Virus record (IMG/VR): IMGVR_UViG_3300028048_000042
DNA: 64,000 nucleotides
Direction: 5' to 3' (one strand)
Source: a virus
Lineage: Duplodnaviria; Caudoviricetes
Both the position numbers and the translations under genes were made by a program. The notes under the pieces were generated by a model. It saw only the letters and a program-made list of their open reading frames with translations. It was not told the DNA's origin and did not search any database. Positions 38,695 through 49,600 of this stretch are shown here, piece by piece; positions within the stretch are counted from its first letter, which is position 1, and every line of letters starts with the position of its first letter.

Positions 38695-41673
38695 GTGGAA
38701 ACAGGTATTCGATTTACTTGTTTAAAAAATGGTGATAACTTATTAGGACAGACATGGGAATATAAAGGCAAAACAGATGTAGAAGCCATTGAAGAAAAAG
38801 TAAAGGATATGTTTAAACACGTTGACATTTGTAAAGTCAATTATGTAATTGATACTTTGCTTGTTTCCAAAGATGCTTTGAATAATGTGTATTTGCCTAA
38901 TACAGGTGTAAATGGTGATTTGTGGCCTATGAATCGCCGTTTACAGTTGTATAAACAATGTAATGATATATATAAAGATGTTAAACTTGTAGTTGAATTG
39001 GAGTTTCCTACAGTAGTTACTGCATTTAACTATATGCAATATGCACAATTTGCTACAGAAATTATAAAAAAATATTCTTATATAAAATATTGGCAGATAA
39101 TGACTGTCCCTGAAAGTTATGATGAAACAGGTGCTCAAAAATGTCCACCTGATGTTTATGTTCAATTAATTAAATATATTCATACAACGATTCATGAAAA
39201 CTTTTCAGATATAAACATTGGTGGCCCTGCTGTTTTTACAGCAGTTAATGAATATGTTGAATCTGAATATCTTAATAGCGAAAAACAAACATTTCATAAA
39301 GGTTGGCTTGCAGAAGCCACAGGTGAATTTTATGGTACTGACCCAAAGTATGATTTAACTGAAAAAAGTGGTTTTCTTCCATATATTGATTTTTTCTCAT
39401 TTTGGGGAGATAACAGTACAGGTGAATTCAAATATGAAACGTTCCCATTAGTGATAAAAAAAATGCAATTGGGATTAATCGAGCAAGGACAAAGAACAGG
39501 ATTTAATTTAAATGTTCCGTTTTGGTCTACAAAACAAGGTCACTTTGCAGATAAGGAGAACAATCAAGATTTGCAATTGCAGGCTTATCGTGACTTGAAG
39601 GAATATATGGGGGATTTTATAGTTAATGTTGTCCCTTTTAAATCTCAGTTGGTTGATGAATTTTATAATCCGCTTGATGGAAATGCGGTTAAAAATGTTT
39701 ATGGTATTTTGTATTACTATTTAGGTAATGATAGAAAACCATCATATACAGAGTTTAATTTCGTTTTAAATATGTTGTCGGAATATCATGAAGTATGTCG
39801 TGATGAAATGCTCATTAAAGCTAAAAGACCTTATGAATATACAGCAGATGTATATAGTGTAATGTTCATAAATGACAATAAAGATAAAATCTTGACAGCT
39901 ATTTATCCAACACAAGAACGAATTATTTCTCCTTCAAACAAGATTTTTACAACAGTTAGTTTAAAACCTGCATTAAATCGAGTTGTGTATATTCCTAATG
40001 GAACAAAAGCACAAATTGATAGTATGACTGACGTTAATTTCAAAAATTATGATTTTATTTTGGTTGAGGAAAAATTAGTCGTTGATACAAAAACAAATGA
40101 AGATTTGCAGGCAGAAGTCGAAGAAAAATTAAATTTCTACGAAACTTATGTAAAAAATTGGATGGAACATGTTCCTGATGATTACAACAAAGAAATTTTT
40201 GATACTAATTTTTACAAACTTGTTCGTGCGGTAGCTATGGAATTTGGCGAAATGCGACATGAATTTAAAATTCTTAAAGATAATAATTATTTATCAACAG
40301 CACATGGAGATGCAATTTGGAACAATTTTGGTGCTTTGATTGGTGTTAAATGGAAGCCCAAATGGTCAGAAGAAGAATATCGCCGTGCGGTATCTGCAAT
40401 TATCGAAAGTATTCTTGCAGGAGCAAATAAGAATTCGATTCAGAAAGCTATTAAAGGATATACAGGTTTTGATGTTAAGATTTATGAAATGTTTAAAGAT
40501 TATGAACATTATGGTTTAAGTCAAGACTTGAATTGGGATAATCAATATAAATTTACAATAGAAGTCGAAAAAGGCTTGGATGACAATCAGAGTTTAGCTG
40601 AAGTGACGGAAGAAATTAAAGAGGTTGTTGATTTAACAAGACCTGCTCATACATTGCCTGTAATTATGATTGTGCTTGTTGGTGAGGAAAATTATCGCGA
40701 GTGGTATAAAGAACGATATGGACGAGATTTTGCTAATTCTGATGAATTTAATACAGAAATTTATCAATTAGAAGAAAGCAACAAGTATGGTTGGAAAGGT
40801 TATAATTATGATTGGGTTCTTCAGTCAGATTCGAATCATTCTGTGAAAGTTAATTCTGCATTTCCTATTGGAGCAAGGTATACATTGTATGATAGAATGT
40901 CGAGAGATATTTTGACTACATTTGATGTTAAAGTTCCAAAACCAAAAGAAAATTTATTGGCTCATTATTATATGCAGTATGAAGATGTATATAATCGACC
41001 CATAAAAGAAGAATTGTCTCATGATATGACATATTATTTTTCTGAACGTAAGTTTGGCATTAAACCGCTTGTTACAGACCGAATTTTAAAAACAAATGGT
41101 GGGTTAATTTATGATGACGATGGTAATGTAATTGGAAATGAAGGCCGAAAAGTCAACCATTTTGTTACAGGATTTAAATATGCTCTATATGATGATTTTT
41201 GGATGTTATTTGAATATTTTGGAGAAGAGAAATTCCATAAGGTAAAAGAATCAGGTTTTTGGTCTGATGTTCTTTGGACATTTAAAGAAAAATATGAAAC
41301 TCCAAAAGAAGAAAAGCATTTGCATTTGGAAGTTGGTTTTGAAGAATTAAAGTATGGTTTAGTTCCGCTAAATCAGAAAGTTATGATTACCTCATATCCT
41401 GATGAACCTGCGGCAGCAAATAAACTCAGGCGAATTACGGACAGATATAGATATGCTGTTCATTATCGTGTAAAAGATGAAATGCCACAGATTATTACGG
41501 AATTGAATGAGGAAACTTTCAAAAAGCCAACAGAAAGTTCTATAATAAATAAAATGACAAGTACATTTACTGAAGAACCTTATAAAGTCAAAAATGAAGA
41601 ATTTGGAATTAAATTATATAAGGTAAAAGATGATGGGACGGAAGAGATTATCCGTCAGGAAGGGGTGCTTTAA
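38695..41673 (+). CDS. Baseplate wedge (gpI-like) fused to N-terminal degenerate glycoside-hydrolase-like domain
   Basis: Wedge motif LSTAHGDAIWNNFGALIG..EEEYR..RPAHT (~40150-40680); N-terminal clan GH-A-like pattern. Confidence 0.55.
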   Translation: METGIRFTCLKNGDNLLGQTWEYKGKTDVEAIEEKVKDMFKHVDICKVNYVIDTLLVSKDALNNVYLPNTGVNGDLWPMNRRLQLYKQCNDIYKDVKLVVELEFPTVVTAFNYMQYAQFATEIIKKYSYIKYWQIMTVPESYDETGAQKCPPDVYVQLIKYIHTTIHENFSDINIGGPAVFTAVNEYVESEYLNSEKQTFHKGWLAEATGEFYGTDPKYDLTEKSGFLPYIDFFSFWGDNSTGEFKYETFPLVIKKMQLGLIEQGQRTGFNLNVPFWSTKQGHFADKENNQDLQLQAYRDLKEYMGDFIVNVVPFKSQLVDEFYNPLDGNAVKNVYGILYYYLGNDRKPSYTEFNFVLNMLSEYHEVCRDEMLIKAKRPYEYTADVYSVMFINDNKDKILTAIYPTQERIISPSNKIFTTVSLKPALNRVVYIPNGTKAQIDSMTDVNFKNYDFILVEEKLVVDTKTNEDLQAEVEEKLNFYETYVKNWMEHVPDDYNKEIFDTNFYKLVRAVAMEFGEMRHEFKILKDNNYLSTAHGDAIWNNFGALIGVKWKPKWSEEEYRRAVSAIIESILAGANKNSIQKAIKGYTGFDVKIYEMFKDYEHYGLSQDLNWDNQYKFTIEVEKGLDDNQSLAEVTEEIKEVVDLTRPAHTLPVIMIVLVGEENYREWYKERYGRDFANSDEFNTEIYQLEESNKYGWKGYNYDWVLQSDSNHSVKVNSAFPIGARYTLYDRMSRDILTTFDVKVPKPKENLLAHYYMQYEDVYNRPIKEELSHDMTYYFSERKFGIKPLVTDRILKTNGGLIYDDDGNVIGNEGRKVNHFVTGFKYALYDDFWMLFEYFGEEKFHKVKESGFWSDVLWTFKEKYETPKEEKHLHLEVGFEELKYGLVPLNQKVMITSYPDEPAAANKLRRITDRYRYAVHYRVKDEMPQIITELNEETFKKPTESSIINKMTSTFTEEPYKVKNEEFGIKLYKVKDDGTEEIIRQEGVL

Positions 41674-42329
41674 TGTACGTTCTCTTTGAAGAAGGGAGTG
41701 ATTATGCCTGTGATTATAGTGAAAGGGTAAAACCTTTCACTACAGGTATTTACATTGATGATGTATCAATGTTAACGAAAGAAATCTCCCAAAGTTATTA
41801 TGTGGATGAAGAAAACGGTGGAACGAAATGGTATGTGGATAAATTTGGTATGCCAACTACTGATAGTCGTTATGTAAAACCGTTACAGCGAAAAGTAGAG
41901 TTGAATGAAACTATTGATTTTTTGCATTATCCTGATAAATTTACAAAGATTGATGTAATGAAACACAAACGCAGATTGTTATTAAAAGATGAAAAATACA
42001 CAGATTGTATGATGTATGAGTTTAATCTTAATGATTTTGTAAATGAGGAAAATAGTGAAAATTATCAAGTAACTGATAGCATTATTGAGTTGCTACCTAA
42101 TGGTGTAGTTTATACAAAAGCCATTGATGTTAAAGGTTTTAAAGAATTCTCAATTCGAGTTGATTCTGAAAATTCAGTAGAATGCTATTATGCTTATGAT
42201 GGTGTAAACTATGCAAAGGCTAAGAAGAATAATAAGTTTGAAGATGAAATTGAAACTTTATACATTTGTTTTAAGAACAAAGTAAAAGAAAAAAATATCA
42301 TTAATTCCTATCAAGTTCTTCTGAAGTGA
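41673..42329 (+). CDS. Hypothetical virion protein
   Basis: TAATG coupling to the upstream gene; beta-rich C-terminus. Confidence 0.55.
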   Translation: MYVLFEEGSDYACDYSERVKPFTTGIYIDDVSMLTKEISQSYYVDEENGGTKWYVDKFGMPTTDSRYVKPLQRKVELNETIDFLHYPDKFTKIDVMKHKRRLLLKDEKYTDCMMYEFNLNDFVNEENSENYQVTDSIIELLPNGVVYTKAIDVKGFKEFSIRVDSENSVECYYAYDGVNYAKAKKNNKFEDEIETLYICFKNKVKEKNIINSYQVLLK

Positions 42330-42390
42330 TTTTTTTGAGTGATAATCTTATTCTTAGAGTAGGAGAACAGTGAAAGGACTGAGATAATAG

Positions 42391-44382
42391 ATGGCTTCGA
42401 CCATAACAGATTATAAGCCCACTTTTTTACAGCCCATTAAAGGTTCATATAAAGATAGTACGCATTTTGTTGCATTGAATGTCGGAACTGATGCTTATGT
42501 AACAGAACGTGAAATGAATGAGCTTCAGTGGGTTCAGACTGAAAAAGCGGCAGAAACTTTAAGAGAAATTACCAAAAGTGGTGTTTTGACAATAGATGAT
42601 TCAAGTAATTTGGAGTTCTGTTTTAAGGTAAAAAATAATGATAAAAATCATTTAAATGGATTTGAATTACCTCCTTTCAAAACAGTACAGAATGGTTATT
42701 TGACTCACCATGAATATTATCGTTCAACTGAACCTGACAAAAAAGATATTCCTGTAAGATTGCCCAACCCTCCTGTTGGTGGTTATAGACATGATTTTTT
42801 GTTTATTGAGTTTTGGTTTAAAGAGTTGAAAAAGACAGATAAAGTACCGAAGTTTGGGTTTGATACAAATTCTGCTTTACCTTTTAATATTCTTGATGAA
42901 CGAATTTCAGAGGAAACTTCTCGTAGAATTCAGTTGCAGTGGACAATTTCACATTATGAAGACTATGATGATTGGTGTGACAATGGGTTTATTAAGCCTG
43001 ATGGGAAACCAAATGAAAAGATTCATCCATTGGCACAAACAGGTTATCGTGCAGAAAGTTATTATTTTGAACCTGTTGAATATGACCCATATCTTTTCCG
43101 TGCAGGTGAGGGTTTAGTTAAAAATCAAAAAATTCATACTGTAGATGGTTATGTGTATGCCATTCCTTTGTTTAATATTTTGCGATATAACAATAGTGGT
43201 TATGATGCTCGTTATAATCCAATGGGCGGTATTGATTATGTAAGTGATGAAGCTACACCAACTCCTGACAGACCTGATGGAAAATATTCTAATATCATTT
43301 ATAGTGATGATATTAAAGATTTAAGACATTTAGCACCAATGAGTGAAGCACAGTATAATAAAATTTATACTAGCTTGAATGAATATTATCAAGACCAAAC
43401 GATTCTTAGGAATAAGATTTATCGTTTGACCTATGATTGGGAAGTTATGAGATATAATCTTCGTAATCTTGATATTGATATTCCTTCCATTCATGATAAA
43501 GAGGTTTATGGTGTTGAAATGTTCCATCAGTGGGGTACAACTTCAGGTGGTATGATTGACCCCATGAATGAGGATAAAAAAATTGCATATCATAAGCATA
43601 ATAAGTATTATGTAGGTCGTGAATTGAAAGGTAAGAATTATGCTGTTCTTTCTACATTAATTGATTATGACTGGGAAGACAAGGGTACTCTTGGTGATTT
43701 GTATATTAACAAATTTGCTGATAAATTCCGAGTATATAATACAGGTGCTAAAGGTTTGCGCATGAGTTTTGAAGCATTGCAGGCTGATGGTACGACAGTA
43801 TTGATGGGCGAAGATACATTTAGTGGCATGGATGGTACTGCTATTAAAATGCCATTTAAGTTGGATGATGATAGATACTTTGTTCAGGTAACAGCTATTA
43901 ATAATGCTGAAGGACGCAATGGTGAAATCTTTGTTAAATATGTTGAAGATACTATGTATGTTTACAATACAGGTATGAAAACTGATAAATACGGAAGCGT
44001 AACTGCAACGACAGGCAATAAGTTCCAATGGGTAGTAATTGACTTATATTCTGATGCTTGGAAAAATATCAATTATATGAACGTTACATTGGATGGTCAA
44101 GAGGGTGTTCAGGTATCTTCTAAAGAATTTGGTGAAATGTATCGCTTGACTTTGGGTACGCCTATTGTTAATTCATCTATGATGATTGAACAGGGCAGTA
44201 TTGGTGATATTTATGCCGATGTTGATGAAGAAGATATTTTTACTGTATATAATACAGGCGGTGCAGGTGCTACAGTACAGTGCTTAGTATTTAATGATGT
44301 TCTATATGATGAATATTACGATACATTATCAGTAAAAAGACCTACAATTGAACCTAATATTGTGGTTCGTGAGAAGGAATAA
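42391..44382 (+). CDS. Distal tail/baseplate structural protein A
   Basis: EREMNELQ, FIEFWF, EETSRRIQLQW, YAIPL, RPDG..DLRH shared with 46644..50234; C-terminal YNTG repeats. Confidence 0.6.
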   Translation: MASTITDYKPTFLQPIKGSYKDSTHFVALNVGTDAYVTEREMNELQWVQTEKAAETLREITKSGVLTIDDSSNLEFCFKVKNNDKNHLNGFELPPFKTVQNGYLTHHEYYRSTEPDKKDIPVRLPNPPVGGYRHDFLFIEFWFKELKKTDKVPKFGFDTNSALPFNILDERISEETSRRIQLQWTISHYEDYDDWCDNGFIKPDGKPNEKIHPLAQTGYRAESYYFEPVEYDPYLFRAGEGLVKNQKIHTVDGYVYAIPLFNILRYNNSGYDARYNPMGGIDYVSDEATPTPDRPDGKYSNIIYSDDIKDLRHLAPMSEAQYNKIYTSLNEYYQDQTILRNKIYRLTYDWEVMRYNLRNLDIDIPSIHDKEVYGVEMFHQWGTTSGGMIDPMNEDKKIAYHKHNKYYVGRELKGKNYAVLSTLIDYDWEDKGTLGDLYINKFADKFRVYNTGAKGLRMSFEALQADGTTVLMGEDTFSGMDGTAIKMPFKLDDDRYFVQVTAINNAEGRNGEIFVKYVEDTMYVYNTGMKTDKYGSVTATTGNKFQWVVIDLYSDAWKNINYMNVTLDGQEGVQVSSKEFGEMYRLTLGTPIVNSSMMIEQGSIGDIYADVDEEDIFTVYNTGGAGATVQCLVFNDVLYDEYYDTLSVKRPTIEPNIVVREKE

Positions 44383-44398
44383 AGGAAGGAATTAAATA

Positions 44399-45055
44399 AT
44401 GAAAGTATTACATGATTTAGTTGATACAAAATCCGTTCGTGGTCAGCTTAGTTTGATTGAACACAAGGGCGGTGAATTCATCAATGGTAAGTTGGTTGGT
44501 GGCGAAATTATCCACGAAGAAACGATTCAGAACCTTATCGTTGATACAGCTTCTCAGTTGATGGCTGCTAGAATGGCTCCAGGTGCTATTACAGGTGCTA
44601 CTGACCCTGCTTTTCAGGGAAATTTCGTAGATAAAGGTTTGCAGTATTTAGCTGTTGGTGTTGGTGTTCTTCAAGACCCATCACTTCCATATGATGAAGT
44701 AACAAATAACGTAGACCGTACACAGTGGGATTTGCAAAACCCACCATCTGAAACTCTTACAACAACAAAACTTGTTGGTGAGTTTTACCGCAAGCGTTTT
44801 ACTTCTTGGTGTTTCTTGGATGCGGCAGGTAACGAAACATCTTCTCTTACAAATGTTTTGAAGATTACAACTACATTCCTTGAAAACGAAGCAAATGGCC
44901 CAATTACTGAAATCGGTCTTTATGGTGGTGATGCACAGGCATGGAATGCAGGCGCAGGTAAAGACAGCGGTTACTTATTTAATTATAAGACGGTTAAAGT
45001 TTGGAACAAAATTGATGAATCTCGTTTGACAATTGTTTGGAAATTGACATTCTAA
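44399..45055 (+). CDS. Tail fibre collar/attachment-like protein
   Basis: NLIVD..YLAVGVG..LVGEFYRK..TTTFLENEANGPITEIGLYG..LTIVWKLTF. Confidence 0.6.
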   Translation: MKVLHDLVDTKSVRGQLSLIEHKGGEFINGKLVGGEIIHEETIQNLIVDTASQLMAARMAPGAITGATDPAFQGNFVDKGLQYLAVGVGVLQDPSLPYDEVTNNVDRTQWDLQNPPSETLTTTKLVGEFYRKRFTSWCFLDAAGNETSSLTNVLKITTTFLENEANGPITEIGLYGGDAQAWNAGAGKDSGYLFNYKTVKVWNKIDESRLTIVWKLTF

Positions 45056-45064
45056 TATAATTTT

Positions 45065-45097
45065 AAGGTATGTGTTTGTACAAACACATACCTTTTT
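45065..45097 (+). terminator. Perfect 30-bp palindrome with T tail
   Basis: AAGGTATGTGTTTGT|ACAAACACATACCTT then TTT; TATAAT at 45101. Confidence 0.75.
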
Positions 45098-45135
45098 ACG
45101 TATAATAAAGGAAATAAAAAAAGGAGAAAAATATT

Positions 45136-46210
45136 ATGGGGCTTGTATTACCACAGACTGTGAAGGCAAAATGGCAAGGTAGAGCTATAACTCATTATAT
45201 TAGTAAAGGTTATAAATTTACAAATAGAGGTGACGAATTGGAAGTTAATGTTGAAGATTTGTCTAAAGGCTCAGAAATAAAAGTAAGGTGTAATTGTGAC
45301 TATTGTGGTGAAAGTAGTATTGTAATGTATTGTAACTACGTTAAGCAAATTGCTAAATTTGGAAATTTTAGTTGTCGTAAATGTTCAAGGGCTATACGAG
45401 TGAAACAAACATGGCAACAAAAAACAGATATACAAATAAAAGAAATTAATGAAAAGAAAAAACAAACTTGTAGAAAAAAATATGGAAAAGACAATCCATT
45501 TCAAGTGGAAAAATTTAAAACAATTGCAAAACAAACTTGTAGAGAAAAATACGGAAAAGATTATTTTTTTGCAAACAGAAGAAGGAAAAGAAAAAAGAAG
45601 ACAAAACTTTAAAGAAAAATATGGAAAAGATAATCCTTCACAATTGGAAGAAATTAAAGAGAAAAAGAAACAAGTATGTAGAGATAGGTATGGAAAAGAT
45701 TATCCTTCACAAGTGGAGGAATTTAAAGAAAAACAAAGACAAACATGTAGAGAAAAATATGGAAAAGATAGTTTTACACAAGTAGAAATATTTAAAATAA
45801 AAGCAAATAGAACAAAAATTAAAAAATATGGGAGTTGCTTTGGTGGTGCTTGGATTTATGGTTCAAGTCAACAAAAACATATTTTTGAGATTGTTGGAGG
45901 AAAATATAATTATCCGTTTCATGGTTTTTTTGTTGACATTGCTTTGCTGAAAAATAAAATAGCAATTGAGTATGATGGTACAGGACATACTGTATCAGTA
46001 AAAAGTAAAAAAATGACACAAGAAGAATTTACTCAAAAAGAGCAGAATAAAGAAAATAAATTATTTGAAGAAGGTTGGAAAATTATTCGTTTGGTCAATG
46101 AAAAGACGGATAAACTTCCTGATGATGAAACAATTGTAAATCTCATTAACGAAAAAATTCATATACTCAAAACAACCGATACCAAAAAAGTAGTTGTTAA
46201 ATGGAGTTAA
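45136..46210 (+). pseudogene. Frameshifted Vsr/DUF559-like homing endonuclease (Zn ribbon + KYGKD repeats)
   Basis: Two overlapping ORFs join if one T is removed from T7 at 45564-45570; C-terminal VDIAL..IAIEYDGTGH..GWKIIRL. Confidence 0.75.
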
Positions 46211-46214
46211 AATG

Positions 46215-46249
46215 TAAGGCAGATATGATAAAACGTCATATCTGTCTTA
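46215..46249 (+). terminator. Hairpin/terminator after endonuclease
   Basis: TAAGGCAGATATGA...TCATATCTGTCTTA. Confidence 0.6.
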
Positions 46250-46279
46250 TTCTTTCTATATATGAAAGGAATGAGATAT

Positions 46280-46537
46280 TTGAAACGTTTAGTAGCAGTA
46301 AATTGGAATGAACCTGCAATTAATTTTGAAGGGAAAACATTAAATCAAATGGCAGATGAAGTAATTGATAAATTGCCTAAGGAAAAACCATCCGACAAGG
46401 AGAAATATGAAGCAATTAATGATGTTATGAAAAAAGAACTTCATGATGCTAACGAAGAAGTAGACCAATTTGAACGAAATTGGAAAGAAAACGAAATGGT
46501 TTTAAAGAATGATATAGATGATTACTACAATAATTAA
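46280..46537 (+). CDS. Small hypothetical protein
   Basis: SD GAAAGGA upstream of TTG 46280 (track start 46262). Confidence 0.5.
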   Translation: MKRLVAVNWNEPAINFEGKTLNQMADEVIDKLPKEKPSDKEKYEAINDVMKKELHDANEEVDQFERNWKENEMVLKNDIDDYYNN

Positions 46538-46643
46538 CCAGACAAAATTATATTAAAAATTTACAAACGTTTTGCAGATTTTTGCAAGACGTTTTTGTAT
46601 TTTTCTTTTAGAAACAGTAGATTTTTAGAAAGGAGAAATTCTT

Positions 46644-49600
46644 TTGGATAAATTTGAACGTTTTTCAAATTATAATGAACAGTCTGCTTATCAGCAGGTA
46701 ATTTTTGGTCATGACAATCCAATTCTTGAAACAGAATTGAATGAAATGCAGCAGTTGCAAGATAATTCAAGACTGTCATTAATTAGAAAACAGGTTTTTA
46801 GTGGTTTCACTGAATTAGTACAAAAAGAATTTAAAGGTGAACCAATTATTTATAATCCAACCGAGAATGGTTTAACTTTGGTTAATAAAATTGCCATTGC
46901 TCCATTTAGGGCTAACGTTGCAGGTTATGAAATAAATGGTCAGGGTAATTTTACATATAACAAAATTGATAATTATATCCTTGTAGACTTAGGTCAAACT
47001 AGCAAAGATGCATTGAATGATACATTGGTGTATTTGGAGGTATGGTTTGAAACTGCAAAGGGCGATACAGCAGTAACTAAATTTGGTTACATTGATGGTG
47101 ATGTTTTGGGAACACCTGCAAAAGATAATCGAGTTGCAGAGGAAACTTCAAGACGATTGACTTTGTGTTGGGCAATTCGTGTAAAGAATGAATGCGATTT
47201 TAATTCGTATGCTGATGGTATGGGATATAATGATATTTTTCATTATTCTCACGTATTTGCAAAGGCAAATGGTCAGTTTGGTAATGCGGATAACGTAAAT
47301 ATGGCTTTTTGTGAAGCTACAAATGATTTGTTCCGTGCAGAGGATTTCCATAGTGATAAAAATTTGTATGTGGGCGGCAGACCTACTTATGAAGTGAAAT
47401 CATCAACACTGCATGGTAAATATGTGTTTGCGTTACCTATGTTTCGTATTCGCCGTAGAAATAGAACCAAATATAGTTTGTCTAATTTTAATGGTTCTTC
47501 TTCCTACAATGAAATGGTTGTTTCAAACAATAGTTCGTTAAAAGGCGATATTTTGAATGATTTTCGTCCTGATGGATTAGCCTATGATGTAATTGATGTG
47601 AATGATGTTATGGATTTACGTAGGTCTGTAAACTACGCAGATTATAATGAGAATTCAATTGCTGATGAAACAGTTAATTTGCTGTTCTCAAATCAATTGC
47701 AGACCAAAATTACAAAGAAAATGCGCCGTGTACAAATTGGCAATAAGCAAGTACCCCTTGATGATATTGAATCAGCTACAGTGTTTGTTCCATTTGAAAA
47801 AAGTGTTTTACCAACAATCGGCGGTTCTGCAAATGCTCCGTTAATTGCGGAAAAGGCTGATGTGGAATATCAGGATTCGGTTTGCGGATTCGGTGCAGTA
47901 ATTAAGAATAATACTCAATTGGTTTACAATATTCGTAGAGATGCTGATAATCCGTTGATGAATAGAGACAAAGGTACTGTGGATTTCTTCCTCAAACCTT
48001 TTTGGAATGGTAGTGATGAAGAAGTTTCACAAGAAATTTTATGGTTGACTGATACAGCAAACAAACCAATTCTTAAATTTGAAAAGAAAGGATTAAATCT
48101 TGTTCTTACTCATTATAATGATTTGATTGGTTCAAGTCAGGCTGTAGCGACTGTTGATTTAAGTACGGAATTAATTAAATCTCACCAATTTTATCATTTC
48201 CGCATTGCTTGGACAAATAAACCAATGCCTATTAATGGAATGATTTATTTCTATATTAACGGTCAGATTAAAGCACAGGCTGAAATTGCTACTTGTAAAT
48301 TGGTTGCAAGTTATTTGAAAATTGGTGGTCAATCAAATACAGACAAGGGATTTTTGATTGATAGTATGATTGCGTATAATACCAATTTTGAAATTCTAGC
48401 AATGCAGGGGTCAGAATATGGTTATGCAAAGAACACATTTTTCCCCATGTTGCCAAATGATTTTATTCATTCTGACACATTGTTATTGCCTGCATTTAAT
48501 GGTTATGTTAATAATCTTGGTGATAATGCATATACACAACAAAAAGTAACCACAGAATTATTCCCTATATCTGAAACTTCTTCAGGGAAAACATTTACAT
48601 TGTCTGTATCTTCTGACAAAAAGATTAAGAGCATTGATAAAGTATACAATTATGAAACGCATCAATTGTATACCCTTGCAAATTACTCTGTGGTTAATAA
48701 CGGCAATTCTGCTAAAATTGTATTTACAACATCATTCAATTCTATTAAGAAAATTATTGTTGAATTCACGTTAGAATTAAATACAGGCTGTGGTGGTCAG
48801 GATATTCCTACTGAAATTTTAGGTGCTACTTGGGTTAAATACGAGGATGAAGCAGATAACTATGATTACGGTCTGCACAATAAGGCAGAGGTATCATTTA
48901 ATGCAGAAGGTGCATATCCACGACAAGTTCCGTTGCTGAAGCCTAGAAAAGTTAATGGCGAAGAGGATAAAGCATATGATATATCTAATAAAGTCAGGAC
49001 ACAAAATCAATGTTATGCTCGACTTCTGTACTATAATATGTCAGGAAATGGTACAATAGAATATAATATACCTACATATTTATACGGATATAAAGTCGTT
49101 GGTGTAATTGGTTGTAGTGATATTGCTGAAATTAATGAAGTTTATAGAACTCCTTCAGATATTCCTGATGAACCTGAACAATATATTACAGTTCATCTAA
49201 AAGAGCCTTTGCTTATTGGTGAAACAATTACATTTACATTGGCAACTGAAGGTGAATCTTTTGACTATGATTTAAATTCAAAGACAATTTTCACAAATAT
49301 GTGTCAGTGTAAAACATTGCAAATTCAGACAGACGGAAAAACACAAACATTTACAGTGCCTTGTATGAGCAATGCAGATGAAGTAATGCATGGTGGTATA
49401 TTGGTGTCTGCATTTACATTCTATGACGCACAAGGTAAAAAACATTTTCAGTGCTATGAGAACTCACAAGTTTTCTATAATGAATATGGTGAGGTAGATG
49501 AAGATAAACATCGTTTCAATACGAGAGAAGTAAAAGTTTCAGGATTTGGCACTCCATTTATTACCATTACTTTAGATACAATTTTACCCGCAGGTAACAT

